Positions 28,300 to 42,453 of a stretch of DNA of 64,000 bases are shown here, piece by piece. Every line of letters starts with the position of its first letter. Position 1 is the first letter of the stretch. The notes below the pieces were generated by a model that ran no database searches, was not told where the DNA came from, and saw only the letters and a list, made by a program, of their open reading frames with translations. Made by a program: the position numbers and the translations under genes. This DNA is from the human T2T-CHM13v2.0 reference genome, Homo sapiens, in assembly GCF_009914755.1 (NCBI RefSeq), contig NC_060928.1. One strand, 5' to 3'.

Positions 28300-30050
28300 A
28301 GGATCAAGCTGGGTTTGAACAGTTTAATGTTACATAATAAAATTTTAATATGTATTTAAAGTATCTACTTTAAATAGTTACATTACCTTTTAGCATATTA
28401 AACATGCTAAAGACACACCAAAGTCACATAGATGCCAATTATAATTCATAACTACCAATGAATTACGACTACTGCCTTACATTTTCCAAGCTTATGTCAT
28501 AAAAATCGGAAAATCAACTACTTCCCTGGGTAATAATATGCCAATGACTAATTTATTACATTACTTTTTCTGAAGAGTCTTTTTGGCAAGAATTTTAAAG
28601 AAAAAAAAGTGCCCTTGTTAACAATGATCAGCAGACCTCACTTGTTTCTTTGTAAAGATAGCCTTTTAGAGGCAGCTCTCCTTTTAAATGAAAATAGGGC
28701 AGCAGTTATGGTCACACTTTTTGTTAATTTAGTTGCCAGTCAGCCCCAAATCAAAAGAAAATAAGGCTGCAGAGTGTAATTAACATTCAGTTCGGTCGTT
28801 TTGTCCCTTGTCTAGCCCCCAAGCTTTGTTAAAATTGCCATCTGAATGCTGAAGGCTGTAGGGAAATCGATTTGATTCTAATCGCACCATGAAAAGAACA
28901 TGATCTAACTGCTTTCAGCCCTCCGTAAATCTGTACTAGGTCTTTAGCACAATGCAACTTCCAATTTAAAAAGCACTGAATGTCTCGTCAATGACTTTGT
29001 GAAGAAAAAAGAACAAGGAGCAGACATAAAAATTCCAATAGTTGTTTAAGCATTAAAGTTCATTTGCATCACAGCGAACCTGAAAAGGGCTGACCTCTCA
29101 AACCGCCTCTCAGGTCTATGAAGTTGTAGCCTTGACAAGCTCACATTGACAGAGCTCATTGACTCTGAAAGGCTACTCTATCAATGGTGAAAAATGGCAA
29201 TAGGTTCTACTCTGAGCAGGCATCTGCCTGCCCACCCGCTGCTAAACCAATGGCAAAACCGATTCAAAACCTGAATCTACCTTGTAATCTTTCTTTCTAG
29301 GGCCTTTTAATAATAGATTAAGATTACTATACAATTTGAGGTTTTACTTTTACTGATGATTTTGGGGGTGGGTGGATGATGAAAGAACTAGAGCAGAACA
29401 AGTTTTCCAAGCCCACTGTTTTATATTAATGTATAAAATAGTACCCAAAAGCTTAATACTACATTCTGCAAATACTTATTACTTAAAGAAAAAAATGTAG
29501 TTACCACCATCATTTCATCAGAAGTTTAAACCCATGCTATAATAAGAATAGATCTCATTATGATATATAGACACATACATACACACAATTTTAAAACTTA
29601 AAAATATTTACTTTAACTTAAATCAACTACTAGTATTTGAATAAAAGATAATTACAAAGTATAAATCTTGAATTCCAAAATATTTAAGTAGGAATTCTGA
29701 ATTTCTTCTCTGTTTATAATTAGGAGTTTAATGATAGGGCTTGGTATAATAATTGTATCTTACAATATTTAAGAATTATAAAACAAACAAGCCCTGATAT
29801 GCCACATTCTGAATAAGCATATAAATATAAAATATTTCTACACACTTCACAGTCTGAAGTAAAAGCTGTGAATTAGCACCATCTAATTTTGCTATAAGAC
29901 TTCTTTCCTGCTTGACAGGTGAAAAAAAAAGCACTTGCACGTGCAGCTTAATTAATCATTGCACTTGACATCTCAATGATTTACAGTGAGGAGCAGGTGA
30001 GAACATACAAAACCAGAAAGGAACCCTTGATTTGAGTGGAACATTTCTAG
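28300..30050. promoter_or_regulatory. Candidate intronic enhancer / conserved non-coding block
   Basis: No recognisable repeat, less AT-biased than flanks, several CpGs, homeodomain (TAATTA at 28777 and ~29949) and SOX-like (aacaatg at 28620) words. Motifs alone are weak evidence. Confidence 0.45.
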
Positions 30051-33000
30051 CACACTAAGGTGACAAGTATATAGATTCTAGCAGTCATTTAAAAAAAAAA
30101 GGAAAGAAACTGTGCCACAAATTATTTGTTAGTAACAACAAAAGCTCAAATTAAATAGAAAAAAAAAGGTTGAGCTACTGAGAATGTTTAATACTATGCA
30201 ATTATTGTTAGTTAAGAAAATCAAAATATATTTTCAAGATTAAATACAATACCAATTTGGCAGATACTAAAAAAAATGACACTTCAGCATTTATAAAAGC
30301 TACTTAAAAGCTTTTAAAAGAAAGCACTTTATAATTGTAGTCATCTAGATAAAAGTTAAAGAGTTTATGTCCACAAGGCTGTCAGGTAGCTATTTCTAAT
30401 GAAATGTAAGATTCAACAGTGTCGAACTCTACACTTGCTAACTGTGGACAAGCAAATCTAATCATATAACAACCTGTCCTTGGTTTTTAAATGTTTATTT
30501 CAACTCCAAATTCAAAACAAGCTGAAGCAAATTAACATGCATCAGAAAAAAATATGTATGGGATCTGTCAACATGAAACAAAGTACCAAAAAACACCATC
30601 TTTCAGTATTCCAGGCCAGTTTCTAAAAAAATAAGTCATCTTTAATTTTCTTTAAGAGAATTTAGTGCTTGTGAAAAGCACCAGATTGATAGTCATGGGA
30701 ACTAAAAATCTATTTAGCTGAAAGAACAGGGGAAGGGGCAGTGCAGGCTTTAGTGTAAGCTTCCCTACAGTGGGCCTTAATCCTTTTCACTGCTCACACC
30801 CTGGGGGTGAGGGGACAGGTTAGCGGTTCTTTACCAATGTAATTCTCCGTCTTTCTGCAAAAGATGATCAACAAGAAATGTAATTTTATCAAGTATTCTT
30901 ATCTTTAATTAAAAGGACCAAGACCACCAACTCACAATATGCAGGAAAAACAACTTTTTTGTGTGAATGGCGTCATGTTACTAACCTGGTCTGGAAGTAG
31001 ACAGCTCCAAGCATCTGGATCCCACCCATCTCCCTCAGCTCACTTTAAATAACCCTTTTTCTTTAAAAAAACAAAAACAAAAACAAAAACAAAACACACA
31101 TTTCTTCATTTCCACACCTTAGTGGTTATATTTTTCTCATTGGTGAACTAGTTTTAATACAGCCATTCAGCTTTGTGAAAGTAAAAATTAACAGGAGATT
31201 TAAAAAATATCATTTCAATTACTGAATAGGTATTAAACAGACTTAAGTTGAGCAACAAGTAGTAGTAACATAAGAATAGAAATTTTGGCTTCTATTTATA
31301 TTGCCTTTGGTCCCTTTTAGATTTTTGGTAGAATTGTGAAAATAGGAAAAACATGAAAACGGAAAGAGAACTAAAAGGGCCTCAGTAATTCATAAAATGG
31401 CTAATATGGTAATGATTAATCAGCAATATTAGATAAGACATACCCAAATAAGACATACCTTCCAAAGAAGCATCTAAAGTAAGCTTATAACAGCAAAGCA
31501 CACATACACCTAGACAAACTCAATTACTGCAATAGAAAACTAAGATTTCCTGAAAATTCAAATTTGAATTATTATGTATTTTTGTAATTTTTCCTAAATA
31601 CTGTAACTTTCTTAGGAATAAATTATTAATATTATTCCCTATAAACAAATTAAATGCCATTAGATATAAATTAGTCTTCCAGGACAGCAAAGAGCCATTT
31701 AGAAAATCTTTAAGGTATTAATCTCCTACTTTGCCACCACTGGTTACTTAAGAGTTTCCTAATTCCCAATGACTCATTTAATCACAATCAATTGTTTGAA
31801 AACATGGTTTTACAAAGAAGTGGTTTTCTAGACATTACTAATAAAACCAATGGAAATCTCATAAATTTTAGAGTATTGAGAGCTAAAGAAAAAAAATGTT
31901 AAGTGTAGAAACTGTAACAAAGTTTATCTTAATATTTCCCAATAAAATAGTATTATCAGTCTTTAGAACAAAAATATGCTATGATATGCTAATAAAATGT
32001 ACAGAATACTCACTAATAACTATTTATAAAAGTTCACCTATTTAAACCTATAATTAAAATGTATTTGAATTGGATTTATTCATACCATCACAAAATGGGA
32101 AAGCAAAATTTCAAATGTTCAATTCCCTACTTAAATTTTAAACTCTTAAATCTATAATGCATTAATTAACCTTTAACTAAAATGTTTTGAATATATTCAT
32201 AATCTTGTTTTTAACTTATATTTTTCAAATAAGAATGCTATTCATCTTTAGACATCTGTGTAAATTGAATTTGTTAAGTAAAACAATGTCTTTAGCTGTA
32301 AGTTATTAGGGAGAAACCATATATAATTTAAAATGAATTATTTTAACATAAGAGAACTTAAGAGGAAATTATATTATTCACTTCTGCTCATTCTGGATTA
32401 ATATGAAATTTTATATTCCAGTGATGTGCAGAAAATTAAATAATTATATCACAGTATTATGCTACGTGAAAAGCCTAGATTCACCAAAAAACAAAAAAAA
32501 ACTAGAATATGATTTCTCAAAAGGATTTTTAAACAAATTCCTTTCCTGTACATTAAAGCACCTTTTAAAATTTTAATATGAACATTAACTTTTAAATAAT
32601 CTAGATATATTAAAACACCCACTGAAGTATCATGTGCTATTTGTTAAAAGTAATATTTTTAGATAGAAATACGCTAAAAAAAATTGCTAAAATTTTGTGA
32701 ATCAAAAATATCCTCTAGTACTGAGCAGTGTCTTAATAGGTGCTAATCTTAAACAGAATTTCATCAAGTTTACGATCTAGGCTAGTGAGAGAATATTAAC
32801 TTGTTTAGGTTATACTGGTTATGAATTATGAAAGATAGGGATTCTCTCTCTGCAGAAAAAAAGAAACATGTACACAAACATGCACAATTTAAAGGGGGTT
32901 ATCTACTAACTCTGAGTACCATTTCAGAAAATACTAACATTTTAAAAAACTAAAATTAAGTTTTGAGGTCCCCATCTGACCCATCTTCTGCCTGACCTAT

Positions 33001-33326
33001 TTCCACTAAGCAATCATCCCACTCGGTCTCAAAGGGTTCTTTTGGTTTCAATAATCTAGTCAAATAAAAATGCGCTTGGGTTGGGGCAGGGTGCAGGAAG
33101 GGTCTCCTTGAATTTGGGCAGCAAATATGTCACTATTATTGTTAAAAAAAAATTATCCAAAAAATTAAGAGATAAAAATTAATAAATATAGTTTCAACTG
33201 ACCACAGAATATTAGAAAAACTGTTCATAAGACAAAGGAATTTCACTATGCAAATAAAATAAAAAGTACGGCTATCAGGAATTTTTAAAAATATATGTAA
33301 TTACAAAAGAAAGAATCAGTGCTTAC

Positions 33327-33758
33327 TGTCAGGCCTCTGAGCCCAAGCTAAGCCATCATATCCCCTGTGACCTGCACGTATACATCCAGATGGCCTGAAG
33401 CAACTGAAGATCCACAAAAGAAGTGAAAATAACCTTAACTGATGATACTCCACCACTGTGATTTGTTTCTGCCCCACCTTAACTGATCAACGTGCTTTGT
33501 AATCGCCCCCACCCTTAAGAAGGTTCTTTGTATTTCTCCCCACCCTTGAGAATGTACTTTGTTAGATCCACCCCCTGCCACAAAACACCACTCCTAACTC
33601 CACCGCCTATCCCAAAACCTGTAAGAACTAATGATAATCCCACCACCTTTTGCTGACTCTCTTTTTGGACTCAGCCCGCCTGCACCCAGGTGAAATAAAC
33701 AGCCTTCTTGCTCACACAAAGTTTGTTTGGTGGTCTCTTCACACTGACGCGTGAGACA
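33327..33758 (+). repeat. 5' LTR (LTR7 family)
   Basis: tgtcaggcctctgagcccaagc...aataaa...gtgagaca. Confidence 0.95.
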
Positions 33759-33760
33759 TT

Positions 33761-33778
33761 TGGTGCTGAAGACCCGGG
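33761..33778 (+). other. Primer binding site, tRNA-Phe-like
   Basis: TGGTGCTGAAGACCCGGG directly after the LTR; closer to the Phe PBS (TGGTGCCGAAACCCGGGA) than to the His PBS (TGGTGCCGTGACTCGGAT). Confidence 0.75.
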
Positions 33779-34297
33779 TCAGAGGGACTCCTTCGGAAGA
33801 CCAGTCCCCTGTCCTCGCCTCACTCCATGAGGAGATCCACCTACAACCTCGGGTCCTCAGACCAACCAGCCCAAGGAACATCTCACCAATTTCAAATCGG
33901 GTAAGCGGTCTTTTCACTCTCTTCTCCAGCCTCTCTCGCTACCCTTCAATCTCCCTGCCCTTCCAATTCCAGTTCTTTTTCCTCTCTAGTAGAGACAAAG
34001 GAGACACATTTTATCCATGGACCCAAAACTCTGGCGCCAGTCACAGACTCGGGAAGACAGCCTTCCCTTGGTGTTTAATCATTGCAGAGACGCCTGCCTG
34101 ATTATTCACCCACAATTCACTGGTGTCTGATCACTGCAGGGACGCCTGCCTTGGTCATTCACCCACATTCCCATGGTGGCAAGTCAATTGCGGGGATGCC
34201 TGCTTTGGCTCCTCACCCACACTGCAGCCCAGGGCTGCTCCCCACCACCCCGCTTCTCCGTGTCTCTACCTTTCTCTTTAAACTTACCTTCTTCACT

Positions 34298-35490
34298 ATG
34301 GGCAACCTTCCACCCTCCATTCCCCCTTCTTCTCCCTTAGCCTGTGTTCTCAAGAACTTAAAACCCCTTCAACTCAAACCTGACCTAAAACCTAAATGCC
34401 TTATTTTCTTCTGCAATACCGCTTGACCCCAATACAAACTCGATAATGGTTCTAAATAGCCAGAAAATCCATTTTACAAGATCTAGATAATTTTTGTCGA
34501 AAAATGGGCAAATGGTCTGAGGTGCCTGACATCCAGGCATTCTTTTACACATTGGTCCCTCCCTAGTCTCTGCTCCCAATGCGACTCATCCCAAATCTTT
34601 CTTCTTTCTCTCCTGTCTGTTCCTTCAGTCTCCACACCAAGCTCTGAGTCCTTTGAATCCTCCTTTTCTACAGACCCATATGACCTCTCCTCCCCAGGCT
34701 GCTCCTCAACAGGCTGAGCCAGGTCCCAATTCTTCCTCAGCCTCTGCTCCCCGACCCTATAATCTTTTTATCAACTCCCCTCACACCCATTCTGGCTTAC
34801 AGTTTCATTCCGCGACTAGCCCTCCCCCACCTGCCCAACAATTTCCTCTTAAAAAGGTGACTGGAGCTGAAGGCATAGTCAAGGTTAATGTTCCTTTTTC
34901 TTTATCCGACCTCTCCCAAATCAGTTAGCGTTTAGGCTCTTTTTCATCAAATATAAAAACGCAGCCCAGTCCATGGCCCGTTTGGCAACAACCCTTTGAC
35001 GTTTTACTGCCCTAGACCCACAGGGGCCAGAAGGCTGTCTTATTCTCAATATACATTTTATTAACCAGCCCACTCCCAACATTAAAAAAAGCTCCAGAAA
35101 TTAGATTCTGGCCCTCAAACCCCACAAGAGGACTTAATTAACCTCGCCTTCAAGGTGTACAATAATAGAGTAGAGGCAGCCAAGTAGCAATGTATTTCTA
35201 AGTTCCAGTTCCTTGCCTCCACTGTGAGACAAACCCCAGCTACATTGCCAGCACACAAGAACTCCAAACACCTGAAGTGCAGCTGCCAGGGGTTCCTCCA
35301 GAACCTCTTCCCCAGGAGCTTGCTTCAAGTGCCAGAAATCTGGCCACTGAGCCAAGGAATGCCCTGCAGCCCGGGATTCCTCCTTAGCCGTGTCCCATTT
35401 GTACAGGACCCTACTGGATATCAGACTGTCCAACTCGCCCGGCAGCCACTCCCAGAGCCCCTGGAACTCTGGCCCAAGGCTCTCTGACTG
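34298..35490 (+). pseudogene. HERV-H gag remnant
   Basis: MGNLPPSIPPSSPLACVLKNL-like start at ~34298; zinc knuckle CFKCQKSGH*AKEC at 35321-35362 broken by a TGA; multiple stops. Confidence 0.85.
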
Positions 35491-35599
35491 ACTTCTTCCC
35501 AGATCTTCTCAGCTTAGTGGCTGAAGACCGACGCTGCCCGATCGCCTCAGAAGCTTCCTGGACCATCACAGACGCTCTGGGTAACTCTTACAGTGGAGG

Positions 35600-37545
35600 G
35601 TAAGTCCGTCTCCTTCTAAATTAATATGGAGGCTACCCACTCCACATTACCTTATTTTCAACGACCTGTTTCCCTTGCCCCCATAACTGTTGTGGGTATT
35701 GATGGCCAGGCTTCTAAACCTCTTAAAACTCCCCAACTCTGATGCCAGCTTGGACAACATTCTTTTATGCACTCCTTTTTAGTTATCCCCACCTGCCCAG
35801 CTCCCTTATTAGATCAAGACATTTTAACTAAATTATCTGCTTCCCTGACTATTCCTAAGCTACAGCCACACCTCATTGCCACCCTTCTTCCCAACCCAAA
35901 GCCTCCTTCACATCTTCCTCTTGTATCCCTCCACCTTAACGCACAGGTACGGGACACCTCTACTCCCTCCCTAGCAACCGATCACATGCCCCTTACCATC
36001 CCATTAAAACCTAATCACCCTTACCCCGCTCAATGCCAATATCCCATCCCACAGCACGATTTAAAAGGATTAAAGCCTGTTATCACTTGCCTGTTACAGC
36101 ATGGCCTTTTAAAGCCTATAAACTCTCCTTACAATTCCCCCATTTTACCTTGTCAAAAACCTGACAAGTCTTATAGGTTAGTTCAGGATCTGTGCCTTAG
36201 CAACCAAATTGTCTTGCCTAGCCACCCTGTGGTGCCAAACCCATATACTCTATCCTCAATACCTCCCTCCACAACCCATTATTCTGTCCTAGCAAACCTA
36301 GCTGACCCCATAGATCCTAATTCCTTTCGCCACTCCTCTTTCCATTCCTTAAAAACAGCCCTAGAAGCTGCCACCACGCTAGCTCTCCCTAACTCATCCC
36401 AACCCTTTTCATTACACACAGCCAAAGTACTGGGCTCTGCGGTCAAAATTCTTACACAAGAGCCGGAACCGTGCCCTGTAGCCTTTCTGTCCAAACAACT
36501 TGACCTTACTATTTTAGGCTGGCCATCATGTCTCCGTGCAGAGGCTGCCGCCGCTCTAATACTTTTAGAGGCCCTAAAAATCACAAACTATGCTCAACTC
36601 ACTCTCTACAGTTCTCATAACTTCCAAAATCTATTTTCTTCCTCCCACCTGATGCATATACTTTCTGCTCCCCGGCTCCTTCAGCTATACTCACTCTTTG
36701 GGTCTCCCACAATTACCACTGTTTCTGGCCTGGACTTCAATCTGGCCTCCCACATTATTCTGGATACCACACCTGACCCCCATGACTGTATCTCTCTGAT
36801 CCACTTGACATTCACTCCATTTCCCCATATTTCCTTCTTTCCTCTTCCCCATCCTGATCACACTCAGTTTATTGATGGCAGTTCCACCAGGCCTAATCGC
36901 CACTCACCAACAAAGGCAGGCTATGCTATAGTATCTTCCACATCTATCATTGAGGCTACCGCTCTGCCCCTCTCCACTACCTCTCAGCAAGGCGAACTCA
37001 TGCCTTAACCTGAGCCCTCACTCTTGCAAAAGGACTACGCATCAATATCTATACTGACTCGAAATATGCCTTCCATATCCTGCACCACCGTGCTGTTATA
37101 TGGGCTGAAAGAGGTTTCCTCACTGTGCAAGGGTCCTCCATCATTAATTCCTCTTTAATAAAAACTCTTCTCAAGGCCGCTTTACTTCCAAAGGAAGCTG
37201 GAGTCATTCACTGCAAGCAAGGGCCATCAAAAGGTGTCAGATCTCATCGTTCAGGGCAACGCTTATGCTGATAAGGTAGCTAAACAAGCAGCTAGCGTTC
37301 CAACTTCTGCCCCTCATGGCCAGTTTTTCTCCTTCTCGTCAGTCACTCCCACCTACTCTGCCACTAAAACTTCCACCTATCAATGTCTTCCTACACAAGG
37401 CAAATGGTTCTTGGACCAAGGAAAATATCTCCTTCCAGCCTCACAGGCCCATTCTATTCTGTCGTCATTTCATAACCTCTTCCATGTAGGTTACAAGCCG
37501 CTAGCCCATCTCTTAAAACCTCTCATTTCCTTTCCATCGTGAAAA
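35600..37545 (+). pseudogene. HERV-H pro/pol remnant including a 413-codon open frame (35767-37008)
   Basis: RT N-terminal motifs (QYP, SPYNSPILP, YRLVQDL), connection region (PVAFLSKQLD), RNase H (FIDGSS), integrase start; the RT YxDD core is absent. Confidence 0.9.
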
Positions 37546-37589
37546 TCTATCCCCAATCCACCACTCTTGCCTCCCTCTTGGAGTGGATA

Positions 37590-38150
37590 GATGATCTTTG
37601 CTGACAGAACACACTCCAATACTTTCACCCTGATGAAGTCTTATTCTTTACTTTTATACTCATTCTTATTCTTGTTCCCGTTCTTATGCCACCCACTACC
37701 TCTCCCCAGCTATCTCTATCACACTATCAATCGCACTCACTCTCTCCTAGCCATTTCTAATCCTTCTTTAACAAACAATTGCTGGCTTTGCATTTCTTTT
37801 TTCTCCAAAATCACCGAGGCCCTGACTTACTCACTGCTAAAAAAAGGGGACTCCGTATATTTTTAAATAAAGAGTGTTGTTTTTCTGTAAATCAATCTGG
37901 CCTGGTATATGACAACATAATAAAACTCAAGGATAGAGCCCAAAAATTCGCCAACCAAGCAAGTAATTATGCTGAACCCCCTTAGGCACTCTCTAATTGG
38001 ATGTCCTGGGTCCTCCCAACTCTCAGTCCTTTAATACCTGTTTTTCTCCTTCTTTTATTCAGACCTTCTAACTTCTGTTTAGTTTCTCAATTCATACAAA
38101 ACTGTATCCAGGCCATCACCAATCATTCTATATGACAAATGTTTCTTCTA
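37590..38150 (+). pseudogene. HERV-H env remnant
   Basis: CWLC motif (NNCWLC) next to a degenerate immunosuppressive domain LQNHRGPDLLTAKKRGLRIFLNKECCF; most of SU deleted. Confidence 0.85.
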
Positions 38151-38364
38151 ACAACCCCACAATATCACCCCTTACCACAAAATCTTCCTTCAACTTAACC
38201 TCTCCCACTCTAGGTTCCCACGCCGCCCCTAATCCCGTTCAAAGCAGCCCTGAGAAACATCGTCCATTATGTCTCCATACCACCCGCCCCCCCAAAATTT
38301 TTGCTGCCCCAACACTTCAACACTATTTTATGTTATTTTTCTTATTAATATAAGAAGACAGGAA

Positions 38365-39118
<754 letters not shown>

Positions 39119-39229
39119 TAGGAATTGTTTTAAAAAACAAGAAGAAAGGGGTAAAAGAAAATCACCTGCTGATGGATGATAACACAACTGGAGAAACAAG
39201 AAGAGATAAGGAACCAGCATTTGTGGATC

Positions 39230-39420
39230 CTCACTTTGGGTCTGATCCCATGTTGTGTCTTGCTTTTATTACCTTACTTAATCTGCACAACAAGCCTATA
39301 TGGCGGCTTGGACTACTTTCTTTTTACATATGAAAACTAAAGCTTACAGAGGTGAAGAAATGTAAATCTATACTAGGAAATGATGGAGCTCGGATCTGAA
39401 ACCAGGATTAAATGGCCTTC
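39230..39420 (-). mobile_element. MIR SINE
   Basis: Diverged core (ttttacatatgaaaactaaagcttacagaggtgaag). Confidence 0.55.
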
Positions 39421-39457
39421 AATTTCCTGTTCTTTTCATCATGCTATAGAACTATTA

Positions 39458-39802
<345 letters not shown>

Positions 39803-41629
39803 TTACAGATATGTTATGGATATTTTACAGATATTATTCTGAGATGAATAAAGGAATGGCCCTAGTATCCATCTACTAAACAAAGCTGGAAAACAGAGAT
39901 AATAAATCTTTATACACCTCCTCCTCTGCCCTTCACCTTTTTTATTTCCTAGTATGCCAAACTCTGACAGTTTTTGTCTTTTAAGTTTCATTTTAATCTG
40001 TTTACTTCTCTTTCTTGTCTACTTTTATGCCTTTCTCTTCTTGACTAATGCAGTCACTTCACTAAATCCACCCTTCTTCCTTTCACTTTAAAATCTTAAT
40101 GGTTTCATTTCAATTATATTTTACATACATTTGTTGTTAATTTCAAGGCCATTCATGATTTTATAATGAAAAATTTTTGTAAATCGAACTTTTTTACAGA
40201 TATTATCCTGAGACAAATAACATATGTATGACATGCAAGTTTTCTTAGCCACTAACAAGGCTATCGGCCTTGAATAATCAACTTACTCTAAAACTATGAT
40301 TAATGTGTTCAAGAAAAGAAAGTAGAAAGCTGGATGAAAAAACGAAGAATTTCAAAAGAAAACTGGAATCTATTTTAAAAAACAGCAAATGGACACCCTA
40401 GAATTGAAAAATACAGTATCTCATATTAAAAACTCAGGTCACAGAAGATAGGTGCAAATCCTTCTATAAACCACCACACCAATACTATGTTCTAAATATT
40501 TACAGAGAAATGAATGTCAGCCAGCTGTTGACAAAACACATTTTCTAAGCATTCTAGCATATCTTTACAGTGCTACCTCTGCATTTTTAAGGCTCAAAGT
40601 TTACATTTTTATGAGTATCCTCTTTTATGATGAAAACTTAGTAATGCGGTTTAATTTTAATTAAAAACAAATTGTCACTAGTGTTCATAATAATGGCAGT
40701 AATTTACATAAGAATCTGTTTAAGTTTCAAGGCCAAAGCATTCTTTAAAATGGAACTGCAGTAAATGTATTCATCTAGTTATGAGAAATCTTTTATGCAG
40801 GACCCCTTTTGTAAAGGGACTGAAATAAGATTTCAAAAAGGTCAAACCTATTTCATTATTCTGTATCTTATAATGGGGAAGATAGTGAAGAAGGGGCAAG
40901 AAACCACAAATTAAATGCCTAGGGCTAGATAAAGAAAACCCAGTTCTTTCATTCAGAGTTCCTGTCCCATCTTTACTGCATGGGACATGCACTCATTACA
41001 TGTCATTCTCAATCTCTCTAAAAGTAAATACACAAGTTTCAAGAAAGGATCTAATACTAGAAGAAAAATAACTTTACCAGAAGTCATGTAAACTTATTTG
41101 CTAGGGAGTAGGAACCTAATAAATAACTTTTCAAAGACAGGATGTTGATTTTCATTTGTTTTTATAAAAGCAAAACAGAAGCAAAGGCAATATATCAACT
41201 CTTGGTTGTCCAACTATAACTTTGTATAAAATCTGCTTAAAATGTATATTTTTCTCCTATACCCACTTTACCTGCTTTACAGTTTCTTTCCTTTACTGTT
41301 TGTGTCTTCAAGAAATACAAACTTATTTAAATATTAAGAAAAAATACTTACAAAGAAAAATCTGCTAAACAACTAAAGTACTGCAAAAGTTAATATAATA
41401 ATGCTTGGATATTGTTACCATTTATCAATCAACTGGACAAATTAGGTAAATTATAACCCATAGGCCTGAATTTCCTAACTCATGAAATCTTTTAAATTCC
41501 TTCCAAAGCTCTAAAACCTCTCTCTCTGCTGGTAGGTATAAAGTCAAATTTTAATAATAAAAAATAGCTTGATTTTTGTAGCTCTTTAAAATAGCAGGAA
41601 AAGCATGAAATTTTGAGCTGTAAGATTGG

Positions 41630-41900
41630 AATTCTAGTTTGGCTTAACTTTATAAACTGGGAGATCTCAAATAGGTTACTTGACTTCTGAGCCTCAGTTT
41701 TCTCATCCTTAAAATAATCTGAATATCTGATTTGTAATTTTGTAAGAATACAGTACATGTAAATTGATTAACTCCATCACTGGTAAAGAGTGAGTAAGGA
41801 CTCAACTTTCTGATGTTACCATGATATTTTCCACATAGGGTGTTATGAAGATTAAATTAAAAGAGAATGTATGTAATGTGCCTTGCTAATAGCCGGTATA
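41630..41900 (+). mobile_element. MIR SINE fragments
   Basis: ttacttgacttctgagcctcagttttctcatc core. Confidence 0.7.
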
Positions 41901-42090
41901 CAATAATTATCTTTCTCTTCATTTGTTCCTTGTAGTCTATTATTTCATTGCATATCAACACATATTTTCCATTTTATAGCAAAATCTTTCAAGTTAAACA
42001 TCAGGAATTTAGCCATTTGGAATAACTGGTATTATAAACTAAGTGTTTCTATCTTAAATTACATTTAAGTAGGTGCAAAAGTCAAACATC

Positions 42091-42453
<363 letters not shown>

